Virus record (IMG/VR): IMGVR_UViG_3300028592_000004
Coordinates: 1-64,000 of that record
Direction: 5' to 3' (one strand)
DNA length: 64,000 nt
The position numbers were made by a program, and so were the translations under genes. How positions within the stretch are numbered: position 1 is the first letter of the stretch; every line of letters begins with the position of its first letter. The notes below the pieces were generated by a model. The model saw only the letters and a list, made by a program, of their open reading frames with translations, did not search any database and was not told the DNA's origin. This document shows, in pieces, positions 42,742 through 51,642 of this stretch.

Positions 42742-43104
42742 CTACTTACCCGAGTTGCCGGAGAACCGGCCACCCTTCTGATCCTTGTCCTTCTTGTCCT
42801 CTCGCGACTGCTGGCCCTTACCGCCCTTCTGGGCCTGGGCAGTCGCCTTCGGGGGCTCCGCGGCCTTCTCAGCCGGAGCGCTGGCAACCACCTGAGGAGC
42901 CGGCGTGCTGGTCACCGGCGGGTCGACAACCGCTGGCACCGGAGCAGGGGACGCAGCGACCGGTGCAACGACCGTTTCGGCAGTTGCTGCAGGTTTGGAA
43001 GTGACAGGCTCGGGAGCGGGCTGGGTTGTTGCCGACCGCGGCCGAGCCCGATCCACCAGTTTGCCCTGTTGCCGAAGACGTTCGCGGTAGTCGATCTGAC
43101 TCAT
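42742..43104 (-). CDS. Pro/Ala/Thr/Val-rich low-complexity protein
   Basis: TTQPAPEPVTSKPAATAETVVAPVAASPAPVPAVVDPPVTSTPAP. Confidence 0.6.
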   Translation of the reverse strand: MSQIDYRERLRQQGKLVDRARPRSATTQPAPEPVTSKPAATAETVVAPVAASPAPVPAVVDPPVTSTPAPQVVASAPAEKAAEPPKATAQAQKGGKGQQSREDKKDKDQKGGRFSGNSGK

Positions 43105-43116
43105 TCTCGGAATCCA

Positions 43117-45333
43117 TTACGAGTTAAGTCCGTAGTGCCAGCGGATTTCTTTCTGCCAATCTGAGCCGTACTTCGCACGGAAGACGTCTCTGGCAGCCGC
43201 GGCATCACAAATCTGGTGATGAGCGATCTGGTCGCCCCTTTGACCGTCCAAGTATACCCGACGCGAGCGATAATGGAACACGAAGCACCGGTCTGTCAAT
43301 AGAACCCGGAATCCGTCATCCCGAGCCCGCTTCTGAAGTTCGTGGCCTGCGCCAAATCCACTCAGTGGAAAGTCCTCGTCCAGGAGGCCCACGCGATCAA
43401 ACACAGACCGGGAAACCATCATGGCCTCAGTCGAAACGACGGGGCATTCTTCAGTCGTCACGCCAGCTTCGTAGTGGTGGATATCACCGAAATGTCCACG
43501 GTTCTGCAACTCCTGAGCGTTCGACACAGCGGCGATGATTCCATCCGCAGGCTGCGGGTGGTCATGAGCGACGACAGCCATCTCGTGAAAGAAGCCTGCG
43601 CTCAGAGCCACGTCATTGTGCAGCAGCAGAAAACGGTCGTATGCCGGATTCGGCATAACCGATTCCAGAGCCATGTTGACTGCCTTCGACCAGCCGATGT
43701 TCTTGCCCGGCACCAGTACAGTCTCGTCAGCAACAGCGTGGTAGTCCCCACTGTTGTCGACCACCACGACCGGTAACCCGGCGTCCCGCGCCTTATGCAC
43801 GAGCCCGGTCGTCATGTCGTGATACTTGAAGGTGACGATGATCACGACAATTCGGCCTGCTGTCTTCTCCGCTGGGTCGAGCCACTGGTCGTCCAGCCGT
43901 TTGAGCATTCGCCTCAGCGACTGACGACGGACATTGAGGCGGTGCCCCATGTCCCGCTCAACCTGATGATTGTCGAGAGCGACGTGGTTGCAGTGGCCGA
44001 CCACAACCGTCTTTGCATGCTTGGAGAGTACGCGAAGCTCGCGGCCCCGGACGTGCCCCAGCCGGTACATGAGCTCGTACTTGTCGTTGTTGCCAAAGCT
44101 GATGTCCTCCCGGAATTGCTCCTTCGTCAACCCGCGGAAAGCAAGCATGCACTCCGTGGCCGGCGACAGCACGTGACCTGACTGCGATGTGCGCTGACAA
44201 GGGATCGAGTAGTAGCGGCGGCTCTGATGCTGCTCACAACCCTGCCGGAACGCCTCCCACTGCCGATCGGTGAAGAACGTGTCACCATCGAAGACGACTG
44301 TCACCTGAGCCACGAGCGAGCCGTACCAGATCCCGAGGTTGCGAGCCCGGTTGATCTGGATGGCCCGCACGACCTTCTGTGCGGTCGACTTGGCCTTGCG
44401 GTAGGCGTGAGGAGAGAACGGCAGTTCCATCCAATGCCGCTGGTACTTCTCCAGCAGCTCGATGTACTTTGCGCGAAGCTCCTCGTTGTGGAGCGAGTTC
44501 ACGATGTAGATCTCGTGACAGTCCTCTTGAGCCGGCATCTGGAGAATGTGCTCCAGCGTGGCTAGCCGTGAGCCCGCGTTGTCCCGCGGCGGCAGCTCGT
44601 TGCCGACGATCCGCACGACGCAGAACGAGAACTTACGGAGCACCTCTTTGCCAGGCAGCTCCACCTTGTGATTTCGGGATCCACGGCGCCGAATCGTGAC
44701 GAACTGATTCGGCGGTCCGTGGTGGATGAACCCGGGTCCCAGAACGTGGCCCTTCACCTTGTGCTTCCACAAGACATAGGGCAGGCTGATCTGGTCCCGG
44801 TAGGAACCACGGGCGATCTCTTTCCACCAGGAGGCCAAGATCGGAGCCGCGGCGCGATCGGCGATCAGAACGCCTGTCTCGAAGTGGTCTCCCTTGTCAG
44901 GGAACCCTTCCTTGCGATACCGGCGGAGTTGGCGGTTCTGAATACCGCTCTTGTCCCACCCGTCACGGTTGATGCAGTCGACCTCCTGGGCCACAGAGTG
45001 AACCAGGGGCCGGCGGAAGGCCGCAATCGGCCCGTGGAGCTTCATGTCCCGAAAGACCGCCAGATCCATCTTGGCGATCAGGTTCGAGTCCATCCAGACG
45101 ACGCGTTTCGCCCTCGGGAAGAGCCTCAGGATGTGGGTCTTGTGCCACCGGGCGGTCCGGCGGGACGGCAGCGCCACGTCGATCGTAGGGACCGCAATCC
45201 AGCCTTTCCGTCCCATTCGCTCACGAACCGTAGGATCGGAGCAGAAAGCAATGCACGGGTATTGAACAGACGGCACCCGTGGAATGACATCGGTCGCCCC
45301 GATCATCGCCGTGACAAAGACCAAGTCGTCCAT
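43117..45333 (-). CDS. Three-domain glycosyltransferase (DUF616/TOD1-MUCI70-like, GT-A-like, GT2-like)
   Basis: RWHK...VVWMDSN...RDQISLPYVLW; VVFDGD; VVVVDNSG...NIGWSKAVN...LLLHND...FDRVGLLDEDF. Confidence 0.75.
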   Translation of the reverse strand: MDDLVFVTAMIGATDVIPRVPSVQYPCIAFCSDPTVRERMGRKGWIAVPTIDVALPSRRTARWHKTHILRLFPRAKRVVWMDSNLIAKMDLAVFRDMKLHGPIAAFRRPLVHSVAQEVDCINRDGWDKSGIQNRQLRRYRKEGFPDKGDHFETGVLIADRAAAPILASWWKEIARGSYRDQISLPYVLWKHKVKGHVLGPGFIHHGPPNQFVTIRRRGSRNHKVELPGKEVLRKFSFCVVRIVGNELPPRDNAGSRLATLEHILQMPAQEDCHEIYIVNSLHNEELRAKYIELLEKYQRHWMELPFSPHAYRKAKSTAQKVVRAIQINRARNLGIWYGSLVAQVTVVFDGDTFFTDRQWEAFRQGCEQHQSRRYYSIPCQRTSQSGHVLSPATECMLAFRGLTKEQFREDISFGNNDKYELMYRLGHVRGRELRVLSKHAKTVVVGHCNHVALDNHQVERDMGHRLNVRRQSLRRMLKRLDDQWLDPAEKTAGRIVVIIVTFKYHDMTTGLVHKARDAGLPVVVVDNSGDYHAVADETVLVPGKNIGWSKAVNMALESVMPNPAYDRFLLLHNDVALSAGFFHEMAVVAHDHPQPADGIIAAVSNAQELQNRGHFGDIHHYEAGVTTEECPVVSTEAMMVSRSVFDRVGLLDEDFPLSGFGAGHELQKRARDDGFRVLLTDRCFVFHYRSRRVYLDGQRGDQIAHHQICDAAAARDVFRAKYGSDWQKEIRWHYGLNS
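45247..45266. promoter_or_regulatory. Variant of 20-bp site inside 5' end of GT gene
   Basis: AGCAATGCACGGGTATTGAA. Confidence 0.4.
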
Positions 45334-45336
45334 GAC

Positions 45337-46140
45337 TTACCAAGTTGTACGCGTCCTGGGAACGTTGCCACCGATCGCGGTCGGGGTCTCCGTGAACTCC
45401 GCAACATACGCTGGCCGGAGCAGGGATTCCAGACCGAGAAGAATCGCAGCCTGGATGATGTTGGGTGCCCAGGTCGCTCTACGCCAGGAAACATGCCCAG
45501 GCGTGAACATGTAGTAGAGGGTGGCACGCTGCTGCGTCGTCTTCAGCGGCCTGGCGCCGTGAATCATCGTCTCAGTGAAAGCGATGATGTCGCCCTGTTC
45601 CAGCCGCGGAGCAACGAGAGCACCGTCAGCCACGGGATAGCCATCCTCAAAGACATGCTTTCGGACAGCACCACCCTGCATAGCGAAGGCACTCTTGTGA
45701 GAGCCCGGAAGGAGCACCAGGCCACCCTCGTCACCACCTTGTGCGTGAAGTGGGATCCCGACAGAGACCTGCGTACAGAAGGGCGATCCGTTCTGGTTGA
45801 AGAACAGATGGGTTCCTTGGGCGGCGCCTGGACCGCCATGAAGATTGCTGACTTCGACCCCGTTGCTGTCTGGCTGCAGTCGAATGAAAGCGTGGTCCAA
45901 GCGAAATCCGCTGCCCAGGACCTTTTCAAGCAACTTCATCAAGTTGATGCTCTTCAGCAAGCGAAGCCCGCCGTACGGAGTGACGTCAAGGAAGGGCACC
46001 TTGACCGACTTGGCTTCCTTGATTCGGGCCTCAAGACCCACCCGAACCTCCTCAACCCAGTCCGCCGGCAGCAACTTGCTAAAGTGGACAAAGCCGAGGG
46101 AGTCGAACAGATACTCTTCACGACTCGGAACATAGCTCAT
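45337..46140 (-). CDS. PhyH-like 2OG-Fe(II) oxygenase, copy 1
   Basis: RLDH, LHGG, GGLVLLPGSHKS, GDIIAFTETMIHG. Confidence 0.8.
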   Translation of the reverse strand: MSYVPSREEYLFDSLGFVHFSKLLPADWVEEVRVGLEARIKEAKSVKVPFLDVTPYGGLRLLKSINLMKLLEKVLGSGFRLDHAFIRLQPDSNGVEVSNLHGGPGAAQGTHLFFNQNGSPFCTQVSVGIPLHAQGGDEGGLVLLPGSHKSAFAMQGGAVRKHVFEDGYPVADGALVAPRLEQGDIIAFTETMIHGARPLKTTQQRATLYYMFTPGHVSWRRATWAPNIIQAAILLGLESLLRPAYVAEFTETPTAIGGNVPRTRTTW

Positions 46141-46913
46141 GTGGGAGGCCTTCTTTCATTGCCGATCGGCATCGGCTTTCCGGGGGAATCATCGAACCGA
46201 CCAGACCACGGCAGAGCAATGAGGCGTCTCTCCTCATCGTTCCTCGGATAAGATCCGTATCGATTCTGTTGTTGGATCGGATCGCGCCAGGCAATGAAGC
46301 CGGGAGCGAACTTGTAGTACAAGACACGGCGCTCTGAGGCGCCAATTTTCAACCCGCGATCGCCATGCACCAGGCTCTCGCTGAAGACAACAACGTCGCC
46401 CTCAAACAGATCCGGCGTATAGGTCGCTTCGGCCATAGTGTCGAACACCTCGGCCATCAGCTTGTGGCCGTCTGCGTCGTACCGCGACTTGTGAGAGCCC
46501 GGGATGAAGCAAAACCCGCCATCGTCTTTGAGCTGACCCCGGAGTGTGACACCGATCGTCAACTGGCTGTAGAGCACGCGCTCGCCGACGCCGGTGATGA
46601 AACAGGTGCTCTGGGAGGAGAGCGGGCCGCCGTGGAGATTCGGCTTTGAGGAGTTGCTGGAGAGCCCGACTGCGTGATCCAGCCGATAGCGATCGCCGCA
46701 CAGCGTGCGACAGATGTCACGAATCGCTGGCAGCGCCATGATGTCCCAGAACACAGCCCCAAGATCCAGGATCGGGAACCGGTGCGGGAGAGTTTCACCG
46801 AAGCGGGACACGATAGCGGCATTGGCCTTCTGCGTCAGGTCGGCCGAGATCGCATTTCGAACAACGGTGCAGCCAACCGAGTCGAGGATGTAGTTTTGAG
46901 CTTTTGTCAGCAC
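46137..46913 (-). CDS. PhyH-like 2OG-Fe(II) oxygenase, copy 2
   Basis: RLDH, LHGG, GGFCFIPGSHKS, GDVVVFSESLVHG. Confidence 0.8.
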   Translation of the reverse strand: MLTKAQNYILDSVGCTVVRNAISADLTQKANAAIVSRFGETLPHRFPILDLGAVFWDIMALPAIRDICRTLCGDRYRLDHAVGLSSNSSKPNLHGGPLSSQSTCFITGVGERVLYSQLTIGVTLRGQLKDDGGFCFIPGSHKSRYDADGHKLMAEVFDTMAEATYTPDLFEGDVVVFSESLVHGDRGLKIGASERRVLYYKFAPGFIAWRDPIQQQNRYGSYPRNDEERRLIALPWSGRFDDSPGKPMPIGNERRPPT

Positions 46914-47974
46914 AGGGGTTCCCTTTCGGAAAGCAGATCGAGCCAGCGCTTCTTGAAAAGCTGTTCGGATTTGACGGCCGTCGCGCCACACCCATTCTGC
47001 AGGTGATTCAAGACGCGCACGTTGTTGGAAAGGAGCATGACCGAATCGGCAACAAGTTGCGGGTCCACCTTCACAGTCGGAATGTGGCCGCAGTTATCTT
47101 TGAGGCGACCCTCAAACAGGATCCCGTCTTCACCATCGGTTAGCAGCTGATTGATCGGCGGGTTGTTCGGCGCTACAACGGGCGTACCGCTTCGTACCGA
47201 GAGGTACGGCATGAGACCAAAGATCTCTTGAGCCACCGGGAACACCGTCACGTCGTGAGCAGCCAGGGCCAGCAGCTGATCCGTATACGAAGCAAACCGG
47301 ACCAGATCCAGTCGGCCGCGGACCTGACGCGACATCCGCTTGAGCAGGACATCCGCCCCGGAGGACAAACGACCGTGCAAGATCGTCAGGCCCACTCGTG
47401 GATTCTCCAGAAGCGAATTGCAGACGTCGAAGAACGACTGGTCGACGAACTCAGTCTGAGAGTACGTCAGAGGGATCAGCACCCGAAACAGGGACAGATC
47501 CTTCTTGGGCAGCTTTCGCTGTTGTGGCCGCGGTGGAGCCCAAGGGACATGGAAGGGGCTGCCGTAGTCATAGCGGCGTCGCAGGACCATCTTCGCTGCA
47601 GCGTTCGGCGCGACAACGAAGTCGAACTTCTTCAGCAGATCCTTCCAGTTCCCAGCGTCCTCATGCCACTGATAAACGAAGATCGTCCGAATCTTCTGCC
47701 GCTTAACCCACTCAACTTGAGCGATGGCGTGGGTGGGATCGTCATCTGGCAAGTTGGCCCAGATAACGACTTCCTGCTTGCGAGCCCACTCAGCAAAGCG
47801 AAGGCGTTTGTGATTGAAAACACTCTTGTCCCACTCCGGTCGCACGACAGGGATTTGTCGCAGCGACGTATGGAACGTGACAGTCATGCCGCGCTGATAG
47901 AGGAAGTCGGCAAGCGCGAGCACGGCCAGAGTTGAGTCCTGACGCTGGTAACGCAAGCAGATTCCAACATTCAC
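46907..47974 (-). CDS. GT-B (GT4-like) glycosyltransferase
   Basis: DFVVAPN; HDVTVFP...EIFGL...LSVRSGTPVV...LLTDGEDGILF. Confidence 0.75.
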   Translation of the reverse strand: MNVGICLRYQRQDSTLAVLALADFLYQRGMTVTFHTSLRQIPVVRPEWDKSVFNHKRLRFAEWARKQEVVIWANLPDDDPTHAIAQVEWVKRQKIRTIFVYQWHEDAGNWKDLLKKFDFVVAPNAAAKMVLRRRYDYGSPFHVPWAPPRPQQRKLPKKDLSLFRVLIPLTYSQTEFVDQSFFDVCNSLLENPRVGLTILHGRLSSGADVLLKRMSRQVRGRLDLVRFASYTDQLLALAAHDVTVFPVAQEIFGLMPYLSVRSGTPVVAPNNPPINQLLTDGEDGILFEGRLKDNCGHIPTVKVDPQLVADSVMLLSNNVRVLNHLQNGCGATAVKSEQLFKKRWLDLLSEREPLC

Positions 47975-48750
47975 TTTCCGCCTCCGAGAACGGTCAGACA
48001 CTTTGAGCGGTGCATGATTCGAACCGGACCATCGCCAAAGTGGAAGAACCGACTCTCGGCCTCAATCTTAGGGAGCATCTCGCGAATTGAGGAGCGGCTA
48101 GGCGCCTTTGTTCGCACGTTGGCCCATAGTCGGTCGTGATCCCAGGTGTTTTGACCGTGACAAACACGCATGTACAGCCAGGGTTTTCCCTTAACCCAGG
48201 AGAGGCTGTCAAGGTCGATCCCGTCGCGAATGACGGAATCCTCGCCAATCCGTTGCTCGGGATAGAGGAGCGGAAGGGGGACCCGGTGGATGATCGTGCC
48301 CGGAATGAACTTCTTCCGGTAGTCGCGAACGATCACCGAATCCCAGGAAACAACATGCAGCTCGCGATCCGCAGGAAACCAGTAAAGCTGAGACGTCAGG
48401 AACGAGGCGGTGATCGACGGCCCATGCGTCGCCAGCTGCGTGAACAACCGGTTCGGATGCGACTGGTCATCATCGTCCCACTGGACTGCGAGCGGCGTCT
48501 GGACGGCGTTGACGGCGATCTGCCTCAGGAAGCCCAACGTTTGCTTCTCCGAGTGGATGATTCTCACCTTCAACCCGTAGCCGTCGCAGAGCTTCAGCAG
48601 CAGATCCTGGTCACGAGGCGTGAAGTCGTCTTCGACAACGATGAGCTGACTAACGCGATGAGTCTGGCGACTCAAGCTGGCCAAGCTCCATTGAACCATC
48701 GGCAGGCGGGAAGCCTGCGTGACCATGAGCGCGGTGATTGCTTGCGACAT
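47971..48750 (-). CDS. GT2-family glycosyltransferase
   Basis: SLSRQT, LIVVEDD, TLG-x-LRQIAV, QWDDDDQSHPNRL. Confidence 0.8.
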   Translation of the reverse strand: MSQAITALMVTQASRLPMVQWSLASLSRQTHRVSQLIVVEDDFTPRDQDLLLKLCDGYGLKVRIIHSEKQTLGFLRQIAVNAVQTPLAVQWDDDDQSHPNRLFTQLATHGPSITASFLTSQLYWFPADRELHVVSWDSVIVRDYRKKFIPGTIIHRVPLPLLYPEQRIGEDSVIRDGIDLDSLSWVKGKPWLYMRVCHGQNTWDHDRLWANVRTKAPSRSSIREMLPKIEAESRFFHFGDGPVRIMHRSKCLTVLGGGK

Positions 48751-49441
48751 CTCGACCCTCATCGAATAGGAGACCTCGACGGCCCCATTGAATGCTAGGG
48801 ATCTTGTGTCGTCCGAGGGTGCTCCACTCATTTCCAGTGTGATCCACAAGGCTGGGAACGTGGACCAGGATAGGAAGTCGAAGCTCGACACGGAACACGT
48901 TCCCGACGAGAACGTCCACCTTGCGGTGGCTGTCGTGCTTCTGGAAGCGAGGGTGAGCCAGCAGGGCGTTGGCGGATTCTCGCGGCATGCAGATGGCCAG
49001 GGCGCCCACGAACGCGTTGTCGTGGAACGTCGCTTCCTGCCAATGATCAGGCTCACGAACCTTTTCCCGCTGGTAATGCGGGACCATCTTCGGGCTCGTG
49101 TAAGGCGACAGGAAGCCCACGGTCGGATGCGGAGAGAACGCATCCTTGAGGATGTCCGCCGCTCCGGGACGCCAGACATGGTCGTCCTGAAGCATCAGGA
49201 TCCAGCTGGCATTCGTATGCGTCAGAAGATGGTGCACACCGCGCTTCCAGTTCGGAAAGCACCCGAGCGGATGATCCGAAGGAAGCCATTCGCAGCTGTC
49301 CACGAGCTGAGGCCGCTCCATCGGTTCAGCGAAGACGTGGATCGTCTCGCTGAAGCCGGCCTCACGGATACTGCGAAGCGTCTTGAGAAGGAGAGACCGC
49401 GGACGAAACGCGGTCTGGATTCCAATCGCGAGCGACTGCAT
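48650..49441 (-). CDS. GT-A-fold glycosyltransferase-like protein
   Basis: LGCFPNW, WILMLQDD, PSLVDHTG-x-x-WST. Confidence 0.65.
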   Translation of the reverse strand: MQSLAIGIQTAFRPRSLLLKTLRSIREAGFSETIHVFAEPMERPQLVDSCEWLPSDHPLGCFPNWKRGVHHLLTHTNASWILMLQDDHVWRPGAADILKDAFSPHPTVGFLSPYTSPKMVPHYQREKVREPDHWQEATFHDNAFVGALAICMPRESANALLAHPRFQKHDSHRKVDVLVGNVFRVELRLPILVHVPSLVDHTGNEWSTLGRHKIPSIQWGRRGLLFDEGRDVASNHRAHGHAGFPPADGSMELGQLESPDSSR

Positions 49442-49445
49442 GGTC

Positions 49446-51434
49446 CTACTTCACCAGGTTGAATACCCGGCACGCAAAGGCTCCTGGCATGATCTTCGGC
49501 TTGGGCTTCGGCAGCGCCGCTGCCTTCTGACCGCCTCCGAACTGCTGAGACAGGATCTGAGCGCCACCGGCTGTCTGGGCATCGTTTCGATACTGCTCCA
49601 CTTTCGATTTGACAATGCTGTGGAGGGCTTCATTTTCCTTCTTGAGCTGCATCATCTCGGAGCGCCGCTGCGTCTCCTCCATGCCCAGCAGCTCCTGAGC
49701 AATCTGATCGGCCTGGGCCATGAGGTCCTGCGGCGTATCGGCACTGGTCTGACCGCCCGCTCCTCCACCCATACCGCCACCCATGCCACCCATCATGCCA
49801 GCTGCAGCCTGAGCGTTCGGGTCTCCCTGACCGCCGGCCGCGGCATTCGGATCCCCGGGCGGAGGCTGTTGCCCAGCCATCGCGCCGAGCTGCTGCTGAT
49901 CGGCCTGACCCTGCATGTCTTCCTGGAACTGCTTCTGCAGCTGCATGACGTACCGCTGCTCTTCCAGAAGCCGCTTCTGCTCTTCGCGGAAGTCGACACC
50001 CATCGCGGCCAGCCCGGTCTCCTGGCTGATCTGCTGCCCCATCATGAGCTGCAGTTTCGCCATCTGCTGATTGAGATCGTCCGCCATCGTGATCGGCTTG
50101 AGGCGGGCCGACACCGGCTCCCACGAGAAGTACTGGGCGACGGACTTGATGAGCCACCGCAGGAATCCGTTGAGATTGTGCGTGAGCGGCGTCCAGAGGC
50201 TCTCGAACAGCCGCAGGGCTGCCGGAGCTGCCTGGGCCGTGAGGGTGCCCTTGTAGAGCTCTTGAGGCACACCCACGTCGTTCAGCAGCGTGTTCTGGCC
50301 GAACTCCATGAGCTGGTACGGAGCCATCTGCGCAGCTTCGCCACCAAGAGCCTGGTACTGCACGGCCTGGGGCAAGACGTTCCACGCCGCGGGATCCCGG
50401 CGCCGGCGCCGCAGCATCGCATTGACGTGCGACACGAACTGACCCATGTTCGTTCCGACGAGCGGATCCGACGCAGCCTCGTTGGCACCGCCGCGGGGCA
50501 TGGGCGTGATGACGCGGAAGGGGATGACGTAATCGAGCGCGATCGCTTCGTTGAAGCGATGCAGGACCTGGACGTACCACGCCTGGCGGAAGTTCGTGAT
50601 GGCCCGCGGGATCCCCCAGCTGCGGTTGCGAAGCCCGGACAGGGCCGCATCCTTCATGTGGAAGACAATCTCGGGATCGAACAGCAGGTCGTGGTTCTTC
50701 TTGACGGCCTGAATGATCTCCCAGTCGGCTCGCTCCAACACGAACAGGTCGTCGCCGCGGGTGATCTGCTGGCGATAGTCGTGGGGGATCTTCCAGCGGT
50801 ACTGGCAGTCTCCCGACTTCGGATCTTCCTTGATCTCGATCTCGTGCGGGCTCCACCGCTTGATCTTGACCTCGCCCTCTTCCCCGGACCTGCGGTCGAT
50901 GTGGTTCCACTCGCCGTCGTAGCCGCACTTGGGGCACTTGGCATGGAAGTTGAAGTCCTTCCAGCGGAAGTTGTACTTGTCGTTGTTGTAGATCTCGCGC
51001 AGAGGTGCTTCGTGGCCGCAGCCTCGACCCTCCGGCCCGTGACCTTTGCAGGAGAGCGAGCGACGGAACGGAACCAGCAAGGACAGGAACGCGTTCCCGT
51101 AGCACAGATAGTCGCTCGCAACCTCCCGGCAGAGGTTGTAGATGTTCAGGCGATCTTCGAGGAACTCCTTGAACTTCTCTTTTTCCTCATCACTGGCCTC
51201 GGTGTCCGTGAACTCCACGGTCGTGATGAAGTACGCAATGACACGTTCCATCGCTTGGCGATAGGTGCCATTGGCCATCCAGATGTACTCGGCCCAGCGC
51301 AGCGCATCCTGCATCGAGTCCGGCATAGCCGTGCTGGCCATGTCGCAGAACGGATCCGGAAACAGCTCGCCGCTACGGAGCGAACTGTAGTAGGAGCCGC
51401 TGCCAGCTCGATTGGAGAGGAGTCCCTGCGCCAT
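49446..51434 (-). CDS. Probable portal protein with zinc-finger insertion
   Basis: 662 aa; DYLCYGNAF...IKRWSP...VFHMK...GIP pattern and Q/G/M-rich disordered tail typical of portals; no search performed. Confidence 0.55.
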   Translation of the reverse strand: MAQGLLSNRAGSGSYYSSLRSGELFPDPFCDMASTAMPDSMQDALRWAEYIWMANGTYRQAMERVIAYFITTVEFTDTEASDEEKEKFKEFLEDRLNIYNLCREVASDYLCYGNAFLSLLVPFRRSLSCKGHGPEGRGCGHEAPLREIYNNDKYNFRWKDFNFHAKCPKCGYDGEWNHIDRRSGEEGEVKIKRWSPHEIEIKEDPKSGDCQYRWKIPHDYRQQITRGDDLFVLERADWEIIQAVKKNHDLLFDPEIVFHMKDAALSGLRNRSWGIPRAITNFRQAWYVQVLHRFNEAIALDYVIPFRVITPMPRGGANEAASDPLVGTNMGQFVSHVNAMLRRRRRDPAAWNVLPQAVQYQALGGEAAQMAPYQLMEFGQNTLLNDVGVPQELYKGTLTAQAAPAALRLFESLWTPLTHNLNGFLRWLIKSVAQYFSWEPVSARLKPITMADDLNQQMAKLQLMMGQQISQETGLAAMGVDFREEQKRLLEEQRYVMQLQKQFQEDMQGQADQQQLGAMAGQQPPPGDPNAAAGGQGDPNAQAAAGMMGGMGGGMGGGAGGQTSADTPQDLMAQADQIAQELLGMEETQRRSEMMQLKKENEALHSIVKSKVEQYRNDAQTAGGAQILSQQFGGGQKAAALPKPKPKIMPGAFACRVFNLVK

Positions 51435-51457
51435 CGTCGATCCTTCGACTTCGCGGA

Positions 51458-51477
51458 TTCAATGCCCGCGGATTGAA
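51458..51477. promoter_or_regulatory. 20-bp site, copy 6 (inverted spacer)
   Basis: TTCAATGCCCGCGGATTGAA, 23 nt upstream of portal ATG. Confidence 0.8.
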
Positions 51478-51642
51478 CTACGAACGCCGAATCCGGTCCT
51501 TGGCTCGTTCGAGCAGGTCCCGGCGATACTCAGCCTGGTTGTCCTCTGCGGACTTGGACCGTGGCTGCGGCGTCGGGCGTGTCTCAGTCGGACGGTCGTC
51601 AAGGTCGGGCGTGTGTGCTCCGATATCAGCGCGTTTGATCAT
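51478..51642 (-). CDS. 54-aa hypothetical protein
   Basis: Own translation MIKRADIGAHTPDLDD... Confidence 0.5.
   Translation of the reverse strand: MIKRADIGAHTPDLDDRPTETRPTPQPRSKSAEDNQAEYRRDLLERAKDRIRRS

Noticed and set aside
49459-49478. TTGAATACCCGGCACGCAAA as another 20-bp site
   Set aside because: Only one degenerate arm plus part of the spacer, inside the portal coding tail
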